A stretch of DNA of 63,756 nucleotides, filler included, from an uncultured Methanospirillum sp. (lineage in GTDB: Archaea > Halobacteriota > Methanomicrobia > Methanomicrobiales > Methanospirillaceae), in NCBI GenBank assembly GCA_964637135.1. It is 4 parts of 4 records of this genome, joined end to end, with 100 filler letters (N's around TTAATTAATTAA, not from the genome) between each part and the next. Parts side by side here need not be neighbours in the genome. Positions count along the whole stretch, not along the records: positions 50,013 to 63,756 come from CAZWTX010000044.1; 3 more parts are not named here. The stretch is one strand, 5' to 3'. Position numbers and translations under genes: made by a program. How positions within the stretch are numbered: the first letter of the stretch is position 1; each line of letters starts with the position of its first letter. Of the stretch, positions 52,710-63,250 are shown in pieces. The notes below the pieces were generated by a model. That model had not been told where the DNA came from, did not search any database, and saw only the letters and a list, made by a program, of their open reading frames with translations.

Positions 52710-55700
52710 TCAGGCAGCATTTGCTGCTAGGATCCCGTCGCCGGACATATACAGCCAGTATCCCATGTACGGCTTCATCAGGGTCTGATCGTTGCTCCCC
52801 TTGATGATCATCTGCTCATACTGCTGGGATACGGCATTGAACCCGACACAGTTCACCCATTTGTTTTCAACGGAGAGAAGCGTGTACTTGGCTTCTATGG
52901 GAGTCATCCCGGTAAACCCGATAGCATTCCACCCTTTCTTCACGTCTATGGTGGGAGGGGTCTGGACCGGGTTGGTATCATACGTCAGAGGTACGGTGTC
53001 TGCCTTTGTTGAGTAGATCCAGTACCCTTCAAGTGGCCTGACCGGGCTCGATGCCGTCATCGTGGTCCAGATATGCTTCACGGCATCGTACTGGAACATG
53101 CTGTGTCCCCCGGCATCTATCTTCTTAAAGATTGAGGCGGTGTCAGACCCGGGAGCAAGTTTCTTCGGGACTGAAACGAAGTTCCATCCGGGAGAGAACG
53201 GGATACCCTCCCCGACAGGCCCGCCAAGAACCTCGATAACTTTTGTTGCTGTTCCCGGAGCACAGGTCTGGCTGCTTGCTGTCAGGGTAACCGAATAGAT
53301 CCCCGGCTCGGTGTAGGTATGAACCGGGTTTGCGATCATCGACGGAGGACAATTTCCACCAGAACATGAGACCTCATTGTCACCGGCATCCATTGGGATA
53401 ACACCGTCGCCAAAGTCCCAGTACCACATCGTCGGGTTACCAACCGAACGGTCAGTGAACTGCACTGTCAGCGGGGCCTCGCCCTTCTCGGGAACCGCAT
53501 CAAACTGGGCAGTGATCTGGCACTTGTCACTCACCGTGATCGTCTTGCTGAAGGTTCCCGGGGCACATGTCTGGCTGCTGGCCGTCAGGGTAACCGTGTA
53601 CGTGCCAGGCTTCGTGTAGGTATGGGTCGGGTTAGCAATCATCGACGGAGGACAATTTCCACCAGAACATGAGACCTCATTGTCACCGGCATCCATTGGG
53701 ATGACGCTCTCATCACCAAAGTCCCAGTGCCACATCGTCGGGTTTCCAACCGAACGGTCAGTGAACTGCACTGTCAGAGGAGCAGGGCCGTTCTCGGGAA
53801 CCGCGTCAAACTGGGCAGTGATCTGACATTTTTCACCGACTGTAATCGTCTTGGTGTACGTTCCCGGGGCACAATTCTGACTGCTGGCCGTCAGGGTAAC
53901 CGTGTACGTGCCAGGCTTCGTGTAGGTATGGGTCGGGTTAGCAATCATCGACGGAGGACAATTTCCACCAGAACATGAGACCTCATTGTCACCGGCATNN
54001 NNNNNNNNNNNNNNNNNNNNNNNNNNNNNNNNNNNNNNNNNNNNNNNNNNNNNNNNNNNNNNNNNNNNNNNNNNNNNNNNNNNNNNNNNNNNNNNNNNCA
54101 AAGTCCCAGTGCCACATCGTCGGGTTTCCAACCGAACGGTCAGTGAACTGCACCGTCAGAGGAGCAGGGCCGCTCTCGGGAACCGCGTCAAAACGGGCAG
54201 TGATCTGACATTTTTCTCCGACCGTGATGTAGCCGTTCTTCATCTCGGTATCGGTTGCCCCGAACTGGTTTGATGCTGTCAGTGTAACCGTGTACGTTCC
54301 CGGCTGGGTATACGTGTGTGCCGGGTTTGCAACGATCTCATTGGTACCGTCGCCGAAATCCCAGTACCACATCGTCGGGCCACCGGTGGAACAGTCAGTG
54401 AACTGGACTGCCAGCGGAGCCTGCCCTGAGGCCGGGACTCCCGTGAAATCAGCATTAATAGGCTCTGATGCCTTTTCAACCCGGATATACCCGGTTTTTA
54501 CCTTCTTGTCACTGCCGCCATACTGGTTGGAAGCGGTCAGGGTCACCGTGTAAACACCCGGTTTTGTGTAGGTATGGGTTGGATTTGCGATCATCGACGG
54601 AGGACAATTTCCACCGGAACACGATACATCGCTGTCGCCGGTATCCATCGGGATGACGCTCTCATCACCAAAGTCCCAGTGCCACATCGTCGGGCCGCCG
54701 GTGGAACAGTCGGTGAACTTCACCGTCAGAGGGGCCTTTCCAGAGGTCGGAACACCGGTAAAATCGGCATGAATCTTTGCTGAGGGTCCGGTGACCGTGA
54801 TGGTCCGGGTTGCCGTTCCCGGAGCACAGTACTTGCTTTCTGCGGTCATCGTCACCGTGTAGGTTCCCGGGGTCGTGTAGGTATGCTTTACCACAGACCC
54901 GTGACAACCCTCCCCGGTACATGAGGACTCAGCCTCAGCCATCGGGGTAACCGTCCCGTCACCAAAGTCCCACGACCACATCGTCGGATTGCCAACCGAA
55001 CAGTCACTGAACGTTACCGTCAGCGGTGCAGGTCCCGAGGATGGGTCGGCGTTGAAATGTGCCTCTATGACACAGGTCGGTTCAACGAGGATGTAGTTCT
55101 CCTTGACCTTTGTACTCGTTCCCGCCGTCCTGCTGCTTACTGTCAGGGTAACGGTGTACTTCCCCGGCTTCGCATAGGTATGGATGGGCGCTGCAGTGTC
55201 TGCCGTGATACCATCACCAAAGTCCCAGTGCCAGGTCTCAACGATTCCAACGGAACAGTCGGTAAACCTGACCGTCAGAGGAGCATCTCCGTTGGTTGGA
55301 TTGGCGAGGAAATCGGCCTGCAGCTTGTTCTTGTCCATGACAGCAATGTAATCCGTCCTGATCCGGGTGTCCGTACCGCCGCTCAGGCTGCCGGTCGTCA
55401 GGGTCACGGTATAGAATCCCGGCTTCTCGTACGTATGCGATGGCTGCGCCATCCCGTTTGCCGAGGTTCCATCACCGAAATCCCAGTGCCAGCTCGTCGG
55501 ATACCCGGTTGAAGTATCCATGAACTCAACTTTGAAGGGCGCCGTTCCGGTTGTCGGACTGGCAATAAAGTCTGCAATGATACATGCGCCGCCAGGCCCA
55601 GTGCATTCGCTCTTGAACCCGCTGCTACTGTTGACTGCTCCCTGATCATCTGCGATGCAGGCACTCACCAAAAGGAGTGATCCCGCGAGCAGAAGGAGCA

Positions 55701-55722
55701 TTATTGAAGAGATTTTCGTCAT
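52710..55722 (-). CDS. Secreted PKD-repeat surface protein spanning the scaffold gap (at least ~978 aa)
   Basis: Signal peptide at 55722; PKD repeats on both sides of the Ns; replacing the gap with the 24 bp seen in the sister repeat restores one frame. Confidence 0.82.
53240..54790. repeat. Near-identical ~303-306 bp PKD-coding tandem repeats
   Basis: GACGGAGGACAATTTCCACC recurs at ~53341, 53644, 53950 and 54596. Confidence 0.85.
53999..54098. other. Intra-scaffold gap (100 N, no linker)
   Basis: Lies inside a tandem repeat array. Confidence 0.9.
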
Positions 55723-55865
55723 AACTCCCACCACCAGCAATTGTGAAATGTGTACCAGACACACCCACGTAAATCCTACTCATCGTGGAGACGCATAATA
55801 GTATCCATACGGATCTGATAAAAAGAAAAATATGAAAATGATTCACTAAATCTTTAAAAAAGTGT

Positions 55866-58800
55866 TTATGCCGATACGGCAGCAATTGTGCCGTCTTCTG
55901 ACATGAATACCCAGTACCCATTATACGGGTACAGGAGCGTGGTGTCATCGCGCCCCTTGATGATCATTTGGTCATACTGCTGTTTCTCCTCGTTATATCC
56001 AAGGCAGTTCACCCACTTGTCCTGGATGGAAAGGAACGTGAACTTTGCTTCAAGAGGCTGCAGCCCGGTAAAGCCGATGCCATTCCATCCCTTCCTGAGA
56101 TCGCGGGTTGGCGGGGTCTGCAGGGGATCGGTATCAAAGGTCAGCGGTACCTGGTCTGCCTTGCGTGAATAGATCCAGACTGCTTCAAGGGGTTTGACCG
56201 GTGAAGCGGGGTTCATGGTCTTCCACTGCCCGGAGAGCGAGTCAAACTGGAAGATGGAGTGACCATCCACATCGATATTCGCAAATATCGTGGCTGTGTC
56301 AGACCCGGGAGCCAGTTTCTTCGGGACCGAGATGAAGTTCCAGCCCGGATAGACCGGTATGGAGTCTGTCGGCGCCGGTCCGGAAGAGACCGTGATATAG
56401 TTGGTCTTGCTTTCGGTGTCACTCTGGCCATACTGGTTGGAAGCGGTAAGCGTCACCGTATACGTCCCTGCCTGGGTGTAGGTATGCTTCGGGCTGGCAA
56501 GCATGCCCTCGCTCGTTCCGTCACCAAACTGCCAGGACCACATTGTCGGAGTTCCGGCAGTGAGATCGGTGAACTGCACCGTGAGGGGAGCCTGCCCGGA
56601 GGTCGGGGATGCTACGAAATCAGCATTAAACCCGGAGGAACTGCCGACGGTAATGTACCCCTGTTTAATCTCGGTGTCACTCTGGCCATACTGGTTGGAG
56701 GCGGTAAGCGTCACCGTGTACGTCCCCGGTTCACGGTACGTGTGTACCGGATTGGCAACCATACCGCAACCAGCACCGGAACATGATGCATTCGCATCCA
56801 TCGGCACAGCCCCGTCACCGAAATCCCAGGCCCACATTGTAGGAGTCCCGGTTGAAAGGTCAGTGAACTGCACCGTCAGCGGGGAGTTACCCGATCTCGG
56901 GCTCGCGGAAAAGTCAGCGGAGAGACCGGAAGTGCTCCCGACCGTGATGTAGCCCTGTTTTATCTCGGTGTCGCCCTGGCCATACTGGTTGGAAGCGGTA
57001 AGCGTCACTGTGTACGTCCCCGGCTCACGGTACGTGTGGACCGGATTGGCAACCATACCGCATCCATCACCGGAACATGATGCATTTGCATCCATCGGTA
57101 TAACCCCGTCACCGAAATCCCAGGCCCACATAGTCGGAGTCCCGGTTGAAAGGTCAGTGAACTGCACCGTCAGCGGGGAGTTACCCGATCTCGGGCTCGC
57201 GGAAAAGTCAGCGTTGATCCCCGGAGACGGACTCGTACTGAAATCAAGATCCTTGCGGATTATCCGCTCGCCGGAACGGGAGATCACCTGGGTTGCAGAA
57301 GCACGCTGTGACCCGCTCCAGAAGGTGATCGTCTTTCCGGTATCCTCCTCTTTCACCTGAACAATGAGCCGTGGATCTTCGGGATTGATGCCCGGTCCGC
57401 CATAGGATCCGGCATATTTTGTCGTGTAGGTGGTTGCGACCAGGTCATCGATCTTTGCGACAATCGATGTTCCTGCAGGGGCTGCCTTCCCTCCTGCCAT
57501 GATGTACCCGTAGAATTCATACGGGCTGCTGACCGGGATCGTGACAACGGTCAGATCCTGCCTGAAGCGACCGCCACAGGTGATCTGGAACGACTCTGCG
57601 GCCATGTAATCGCCATCCCAGAACGTCACGCGTTTTCCGAGATCAAGTTCCGTGATCGGAATTTTAAGGGCCGGATCTATCGTTCCCTGGCCGCCGTACT
57701 GCCCGTTCTGAGTCACCGTACAGGTTCCCCTGGCAACATCATCGATCTTTGCGGTCAGAACCGTTCCCTTTACTGCCGGTTGTCCATCAATGAAGACCGA
57801 GCCATAGAATTCAAGATCAGGAAGCGGAGCGGCATAGGTGAAATCGATAGCCTGTTCTGTCAGGGCTCCGTCTCCATTGATCTGGACAGACGGTGTTCCC
57901 TGGATTCCGTTACTCCAGAACGTGATGTACTTCCCGATATCGGCCTGGTTTACCTCAACCGTCAGTTGATCGGCCATGGAACCGGCTCCGCCGTAATATC
58001 CTTCCTGTGTGACCGTTATGGAATCCTTCGTCACTCCACCGATCTTTGCAAGGATTTCAGTCCCGACGGAGGCGGGGAGTCGGTTCACCGTGGCCGGACC
58101 ATAGAACTGGTACGGACGGAAGGGGGTGTCAGGCTGAAGGGTGTACATGAGGATATCCCATCCGCCGAACCGGTCGTCCTGCCATACCACCTTGTCAACA
58201 GAGATATCCGGATTCACCTGGTTACCCGGACCTGCACAGACGGTGTAGGTCTTCGGGATCTGGAGGTTGATCATATAGATATCGCTGGTTTCATCCTGGC
58301 CATACCGTGTCCAGACAATGATGGATCCGGAGATTGCAGGTTCCTTGTCATCTACATCATCGAAGGTGACCGCGGTGGTCATGTCCTTCTTGATGTTGTA
58401 CATGAAAATATCCCACTTCCCGTTCCGGTTGTCCTCCCAGACGACAGATTCTCCGTTGATGCGGGGGTTCTGCTGGGTGGAGGCATCCCTTGTTACCTGG
58501 ACCGTCTCCCGCGTCTGGAGATTGTAGAGGTAAATGTTCCAGTCTTCCTTCCCGTCATCAAGCTGCTGGTAGACGACCCAGTCACCGTCGATATCAGGAT
58601 TTGCCTTGTCCTGTGCACCGGGGTTGATGTACGTGGGAGCAGCGGTTGATCCCAGTTTCATAAGTCCGATGTCCCTGATGTCATCAGTTCCGAAGTCTTC
58701 AAAGACGACATAGTCTCCTGAGATCGCCGGCTTGAACTTGTTTGCAGAGGAGCGGTAAACAACCTCTTCCTTGCGCATCTGGACGTTATAGGAGTAGATG

Positions 58801-59168
58801 TCAGAGAATCCGTTTCTTGAATCACTCCATACGATGATGCCGCCTGACAGGTCAGGATCGCTCTGGTCACCCGGGGTGTTTGAAACCATGTTCCGGTTTC
58901 CGGACACGGTATCGTAGTACCATACCTTCCCTTCACCACTATACTGGACCCAGGTGATACAGGAATCATCCACCCGGGGGTTCCAGTCGAAAACCGAGTC
59001 AAAGGTCAACTGCTCCTCTTCACCCGGAGCCTGGGCAATCATCATTCCTTCAGCAGAAAAGTCTGCGAGGGGTTCATACTCAATCGCTGCATCGGATGCT
59101 GCGTATACCGGTGCAAAAAGGAGAAGCAGAAGAAGCAGCGAAAGACAGGGGGTTAATAGTTTCATCAT
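55866..59168 (-). CDS. Secreted protein: methanogen beta-propeller repeats, three Ig-like units, three PKD domains, conserved C-terminal domain
   Basis: QxxPxIxGxxVVWxDxRxG..DIY repeats; two PKD units with a 294-bp period. Confidence 0.88.
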   Translation of the reverse strand: MMKLLTPCLSLLLLLLLFAPVYAASDAAIEYEPLADFSAEGMMIAQAPGEEEQLTFDSVFDWNPRVDDSCITWVQYSGEGKVWYYDTVSGNRNMVSNTPGDQSDPDLSGGIIVWSDSRNGFSDIYSYNVQMRKEEVVYRSSANKFKPAISGDYVVFEDFGTDDIRDIGLMKLGSTAAPTYINPGAQDKANPDIDGDWVVYQQLDDGKEDWNIYLYNLQTRETVQVTRDASTQQNPRINGESVVWEDNRNGKWDIFMYNIKKDMTTAVTFDDVDDKEPAISGSIIVWTRYGQDETSDIYMINLQIPKTYTVCAGPGNQVNPDISVDKVVWQDDRFGGWDILMYTLQPDTPFRPYQFYGPATVNRLPASVGTEILAKIGGVTKDSITVTQEGYYGGAGSMADQLTVEVNQADIGKYITFWSNGIQGTPSVQINGDGALTEQAIDFTYAAPLPDLEFYGSVFIDGQPAVKGTVLTAKIDDVARGTCTVTQNGQYGGQGTIDPALKIPITELDLGKRVTFWDGDYMAAESFQITCGGRFRQDLTVVTIPVSSPYEFYGYIMAGGKAAPAGTSIVAKIDDLVATTYTTKYAGSYGGPGINPEDPRLIVQVKEEDTGKTITFWSGSQRASATQVISRSGERIIRKDLDFSTSPSPGINADFSASPRSGNSPLTVQFTDLSTGTPTMWAWDFGDGVIPMDANASCSGDGCGMVANPVHTYREPGTYTVTLTASNQYGQGDTEIKQGYITVGSTSGLSADFSASPRSGNSPLTVQFTDLSTGTPTMWAWDFGDGAVPMDANASCSGAGCGMVANPVHTYREPGTYTVTLTASNQYGQSDTEIKQGYITVGSSSGFNADFVASPTSGQAPLTVQFTDLTAGTPTMWSWQFGDGTSEGMLASPKHTYTQAGTYTVTLTASNQYGQSDTESKTNYITVSSGPAPTDSIPVYPGWNFISVPKKLAPGSDTATIFANIDVDGHSIFQFDSLSGQWKTMNPASPVKPLEAVWIYSRKADQVPLTFDTDPLQTPPTRDLRKGWNGIGFTGLQPLEAKFTFLSIQDKWVNCLGYNEEKQQYDQMIIKGRDDTTLLYPYNGYWVFMSEDGTIAAVSA

Positions 59169-59208
59169 TTCAGCCTCGATGGATGTAACTCCTGAAAAGG
59201 GGGAGGTA

Positions 59209-62200
59209 TCAGAGCCCGAGGGCCGCCAGTTCTCCTTCCTCGCTCATGTAAATCCAGTATCCATAACCCGGATAGAGCGTGTTCTTGTTACTTTCCGGCA
59301 CGTTCATGATCGTACTCTGGTACCGCTGGGTCGTCGATTCAAATCCGATGACATAAATCCACTGGTCTTTCACCGAGAGGAGAGCATTGCTTGCCGGAAC
59401 AGAGTTCAGGCTTGTAACACCGAAGGTGTTCCATCCCTTCACGAGTTTCTTTGTCGGCGGGATCTGGAGGGCATCGTTCGCGAAGTAGAGATATACGGTG
59501 TCTGCCTGCTGTGAGTAGATCCAGACCGCATCAAGCGGATTGATGATCGTGGTTGCTGTTACCGTAGTCCAGGATTTTGTCTTCGGATTGTATGCAAAGA
59601 TGCTGTGTCCACCGACATCGACGTGCCCGAAGAGGGCCTTTGCATTATTCTGTCCGTCTGCAAGCATCTTCGGAATGGAGATGAAGTTCCATCCCGGGTT
59701 CAGGCCGATACGGGCATTTGCAGGAGTGACAACCCCGGCAGTGACGAGATTTGATTTGACTGCCGATTTAACCTGGCCGTTCCAGTAGGTCACCTGGAGA
59801 CCGACCGAGTAGATGCCGTTACGGGTGTACTTATGGGTCGGGTTCTTGTCAGTGGACGTTGCACCGTCACCGAAATCCCAGAAGTATGCTCTCGGGCTTC
59901 CGCTTGACTTGTCGGTGAACTTCACACTGAGGGGAACCGCTCCCTGGACCGGAGACGCGGTGAAGTCAACCCCGGCCACGGACTGGGAACTGAAATTGAT
60001 GTTCTTCTTGACGGTCAGGCCGCTCACGATGAGCTGGGACTGGTCGCCCCCGGCCCCGGTACTTGTCTCAAACCGGATTGTCTTGCCGATATCAGCAGGG
60101 TAAATCTGAACCTCGAGATACGGGCCGACTTCAGAACCATACCTGCCTGTGGTCGTGACCGTTATCTGGCCGCGGATCTGCCCGTCGATGACGGCGTTGA
60201 TGATCGTGCCGGCAGAAGCCGGAAGACCGTCAACGACTGCCTGACCATAGAACCGGTACATGGTCTGGGCAGTCAGCGGGAAGGTGAGATCAAGACGCTT
60301 GCTGATGCCCTGTGCAGAGGAGGCGGCCTCGACCGTCTCAGAGGACATCATCGTGATGTCGCTGCTGCTCTGGGCACTGCTGCCGATATACACCTGTTGG
60401 GATGCCGTGTACGTAACACCGTTCAGGGTTCCCGTGAAGCTGATCACCTTGCCGTTATCACTCTTGTACACCGGGATGGTCAGCCCGCTGTAGGAACCGG
60501 GGGAGGTAACCGTTACCTGGCCACGGATCTGGTTGTCAATGCGGGCTGAGATGACTGAACCGGCAGGGGCACGCTGGGTATCAAAACTGGCACTGCCCGA
60601 ATAGGTATAGGTGTTATACGGCTGGGTACTGAGCGGGAAGGTGAGATCAAGACGCTTGCTGATGCCCTGTGCAGAGGAAGCGGCCTCGACCGTCTCAGAG
60701 GACATCATCGTGATATCACTGCTGCTCTGGGCACTGCTGCCGATATATACCTGCTGGGATGCCGTGTACGTAACACCGTTCAGGGTTCCCGCGAAGGTGA
60801 TCACCTTGCCGTTGTCACTCTGGTACACCGGGATGTTCAGGCCGCTGTAGGAACCTGGAGTGGTGATCGTTACCTGGCCACGGATCTGGTTGTCGATACG
60901 GGCTGAGATGATTGAACCGGCAGGGGCATACTGGGTATCGAAACTCGCACTACCCGAGTAGGTGTAGATGGTGTATGGCAGGGTGGAGGTGGATCCAAAG
61001 GTGAGATCATATCTGCCGGAGACCTGCTGGCCGACGGTGATCTGCTGGGATGCCTGGTACCCTGAACCGCCGGTGACGGCACTGAAGGTGATTATCTTCC
61101 CATTGTCAGCCTGGTACACCGGGATCGTCATTGAATACTGGCCTGAAGTGGTAACGGTCGCCTGTGCACGGGATTCCTGGCCGACGTAGGCCGTGATAAC
61201 GGCTCCGGATGGGAGATTCTGGTTGTTCAGAACTGCTGCCCCGGATATCTGGTAGGATCCCGATGTCGGGACAGAGGGGGTCGACGAGGAAGAGAAGGTA
61301 TACATGAAGATGTTCGCACTGCCGGTCCGGTAATCCTGCCAGGCAACGCGACCGGCGTAGATTGACGGATTCTTCTGGTCTGCAGTGTCACTCGTGAGGG
61401 CATAGATCCTTCCGCTCACGAGATCGAGGAGATAGATATCGGCATTGCCCTTCCGGTCATCTTCCCAGACCACCAGCGGCCCGGATACATCGGGGTTGAT
61501 CTCATTCGTATTATCAAAGGTGAGCTGGACTTCTTTGCCGGTATCAAGGAAGATTGCAAAGATATCGGACGCTCCGTTCCGGTCATCCTGGAAGACAACA
61601 ACATTCCCGCTGATCCGCGGATTTTTCTGGTTGTACGAGTTTGAGGTCAGTTGCTTCTCTGTTTCGGTGCTGATATCATACAGGTAGATATCGGCATTGC
61701 CGTTTCTCCAGTCTTCCCATACAACATAATTCCCGGATATGTCCGGTCGTTTCTGGTCACCAAGACTCGTTTGTAGTGCCTTGGTGGTATCAGAATTCAG
61801 GTCTGCGAGGTAGATATTGGAATCACCGGATTTCCAGTCCTCATACACGACGAACCGCCCGGAAACGGCAGGCCGGTTCTGGTTGGAAGTAGATTCGGCT
61901 ACCGGTTTTGATGTCTGTGACTGGAGATCATAGACATTGATATTCGTTACCTGGTTGTTTTTGGTCCCGGCCTGTTCATAGACGATGTACTTCCCGCCAA
62001 TGTCAGGGTAGGACTGCTGCTGGACACCCGGGTAGATCGGGAAGAGTCCTCCGTTGGCGATATCGTACATGCCGATTGATGAAACACCATTGTTCCATTC
62101 CTCGAAGACGATCTTGGTATCGGAAACCCGTGGATTGACGTGGTTCAGGCTTCCAAAGGTTATCTGTTTCTCGGCACCGCCACAACCTTCAGTTGAAAGC

Positions 62201-62442
62201 CCGAATGCGTTTGAATCAAACGTGAGCGTATGCTGCATCGTGTACGTGTCAGGATCCGAGCACGCGATCATCATTCCGATACCGGAATCCGAAGATGCGG
62301 ATGCAAAGTTTATCTCTGCAGTTCCGGTCTCCGGAGACGTTCCTTCAGTGGTTGCAAGTGAAAACTCCTGTGCAGCGACGAGTGAGACACTGAACAGGAG
62401 AATCAGCATAATTGCTGGCAGATATCTCCCTATCTTCATCAT
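59209..62442 (-). CDS. Paralogous secreted beta-propeller/Ig-like/PKD surface protein
   Basis: GGAGGTG RBS before ATG 62442; propeller repeats; same C-terminal domain. Confidence 0.88.
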   Translation of the reverse strand: MMKIGRYLPAIMLILLFSVSLVAAQEFSLATTEGTSPETGTAEINFASASSDSGIGMMIACSDPDTYTMQHTLTFDSNAFGLSTEGCGGAEKQITFGSLNHVNPRVSDTKIVFEEWNNGVSSIGMYDIANGGLFPIYPGVQQQSYPDIGGKYIVYEQAGTKNNQVTNINVYDLQSQTSKPVAESTSNQNRPAVSGRFVVYEDWKSGDSNIYLADLNSDTTKALQTSLGDQKRPDISGNYVVWEDWRNGNADIYLYDISTETEKQLTSNSYNQKNPRISGNVVVFQDDRNGASDIFAIFLDTGKEVQLTFDNTNEINPDVSGPLVVWEDDRKGNADIYLLDLVSGRIYALTSDTADQKNPSIYAGRVAWQDYRTGSANIFMYTFSSSSTPSVPTSGSYQISGAAVLNNQNLPSGAVITAYVGQESRAQATVTTSGQYSMTIPVYQADNGKIITFSAVTGGSGYQASQQITVGQQVSGRYDLTFGSTSTLPYTIYTYSGSASFDTQYAPAGSIISARIDNQIRGQVTITTPGSYSGLNIPVYQSDNGKVITFAGTLNGVTYTASQQVYIGSSAQSSSDITMMSSETVEAASSAQGISKRLDLTFPLSTQPYNTYTYSGSASFDTQRAPAGSVISARIDNQIRGQVTVTSPGSYSGLTIPVYKSDNGKVISFTGTLNGVTYTASQQVYIGSSAQSSSDITMMSSETVEAASSAQGISKRLDLTFPLTAQTMYRFYGQAVVDGLPASAGTIINAVIDGQIRGQITVTTTGRYGSEVGPYLEVQIYPADIGKTIRFETSTGAGGDQSQLIVSGLTVKKNINFSSQSVAGVDFTASPVQGAVPLSVKFTDKSSGSPRAYFWDFGDGATSTDKNPTHKYTRNGIYSVGLQVTYWNGQVKSAVKSNLVTAGVVTPANARIGLNPGWNFISIPKMLADGQNNAKALFGHVDVGGHSIFAYNPKTKSWTTVTATTIINPLDAVWIYSQQADTVYLYFANDALQIPPTKKLVKGWNTFGVTSLNSVPASNALLSVKDQWIYVIGFESTTQRYQSTIMNVPESNKNTLYPGYGYWIYMSEEGELAALGL
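60275..60975. repeat. Intragenic tandem duplication, 357-bp period (119 aa)
   Basis: AGCGGGAAGGTGAGATCAAGACGCTTG at 60275 and 60632. Confidence 0.88.
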
Positions 62443-62773
62443 TACACCTCCCATCCGTATGGCCTTCCTGAAATCCACAGCAAGGCCAGGTACATGATAT
62501 ATGTGCTAATCTGTACGCTAACCTCTATTAAATACTATCATTCTTCCACAGGGCCCCGAATTGTGTCAGAAGAGAGAAACGGGGTGCACTGGTTTTAATT
62601 CGTTTTCTAAACAATATATTGGTCAGGATAAATCCTGACATTTTTCTGATCCTGAAGGCGCGCAATATTCAGGGGATCTGCGCGAGGGATCCGGGAACCG
62701 GGTATGGCCACCATGAAGATGCATCAGGCTGATATTATCATCATCATCAAAGACGGATCTATACCTGATCTGA

Positions 62774-63250
62774 ATGTTTGATCCCTGGATCCCCATCGGC
62801 CTTGTAGCCATAATCATCATCGGCGTGGCCGCAGGAGCATGTATCGCAATAAAGGGTCGCGAATGCCGGAACAGAGAGAACCAGATTCGCCAGGAGGAGT
62901 ACAGCAGGCTCCTCTCTGCCATCACCCGGGTGCATCTCGCCGGTGATGAAGAACCGGCTCTCGCCCAGACCCGGCTTGCTCTTGCAGACCAGGTACACCG
63001 GATGAACCTCACCGCCGGGTACGAGGTTCTTGTTCACCTGAATGCTCTCCTAGAACTCCAGAACCGGACCGCAGGAGGCGAACGCAATCCTGCGAAGGAG
63101 CATGCCGTGCTTCAGAAACTGGTCAGAGCCATGCGCCGGGAGATGAAAACGGGCGACATAAAGCGTTTTGACCGGGAGAAGTTTGCGTTCAAGTTCTACC
63201 TGCCTGCGCCCGTCCGACAGGATGAACCCGGGAAGGAGAGAACCCTGTGA
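62774..63250 (+). CDS. Hypothetical protein with an N-terminal TM anchor
   Basis: Hydrophobic N-terminus followed by a helical domain; stop overlaps the ubiX start. Confidence 0.65.
   Translation: MFDPWIPIGLVAIIIIGVAAGACIAIKGRECRNRENQIRQEEYSRLLSAITRVHLAGDEEPALAQTRLALADQVHRMNLTAGYEVLVHLNALLELQNRTAGGERNPAKEHAVLQKLVRAMRREMKTGDIKRFDREKFAFKFYLPAPVRQDEPGKERTL

Noticed and set aside
57780..58649. 289-aa plus-strand ORF and many similar antisense ORFs in GC-rich regions
   Set aside because: Overlap confident genes on the opposite strand; expected from codon bias
53240..60975. Repeats as a CRISPR array or DGR template/variable pair
   Set aside because: Units are ~300-bp in-frame coding domains with no spacers; no cas or reverse transcriptase gene and no obvious adenine-specific variation
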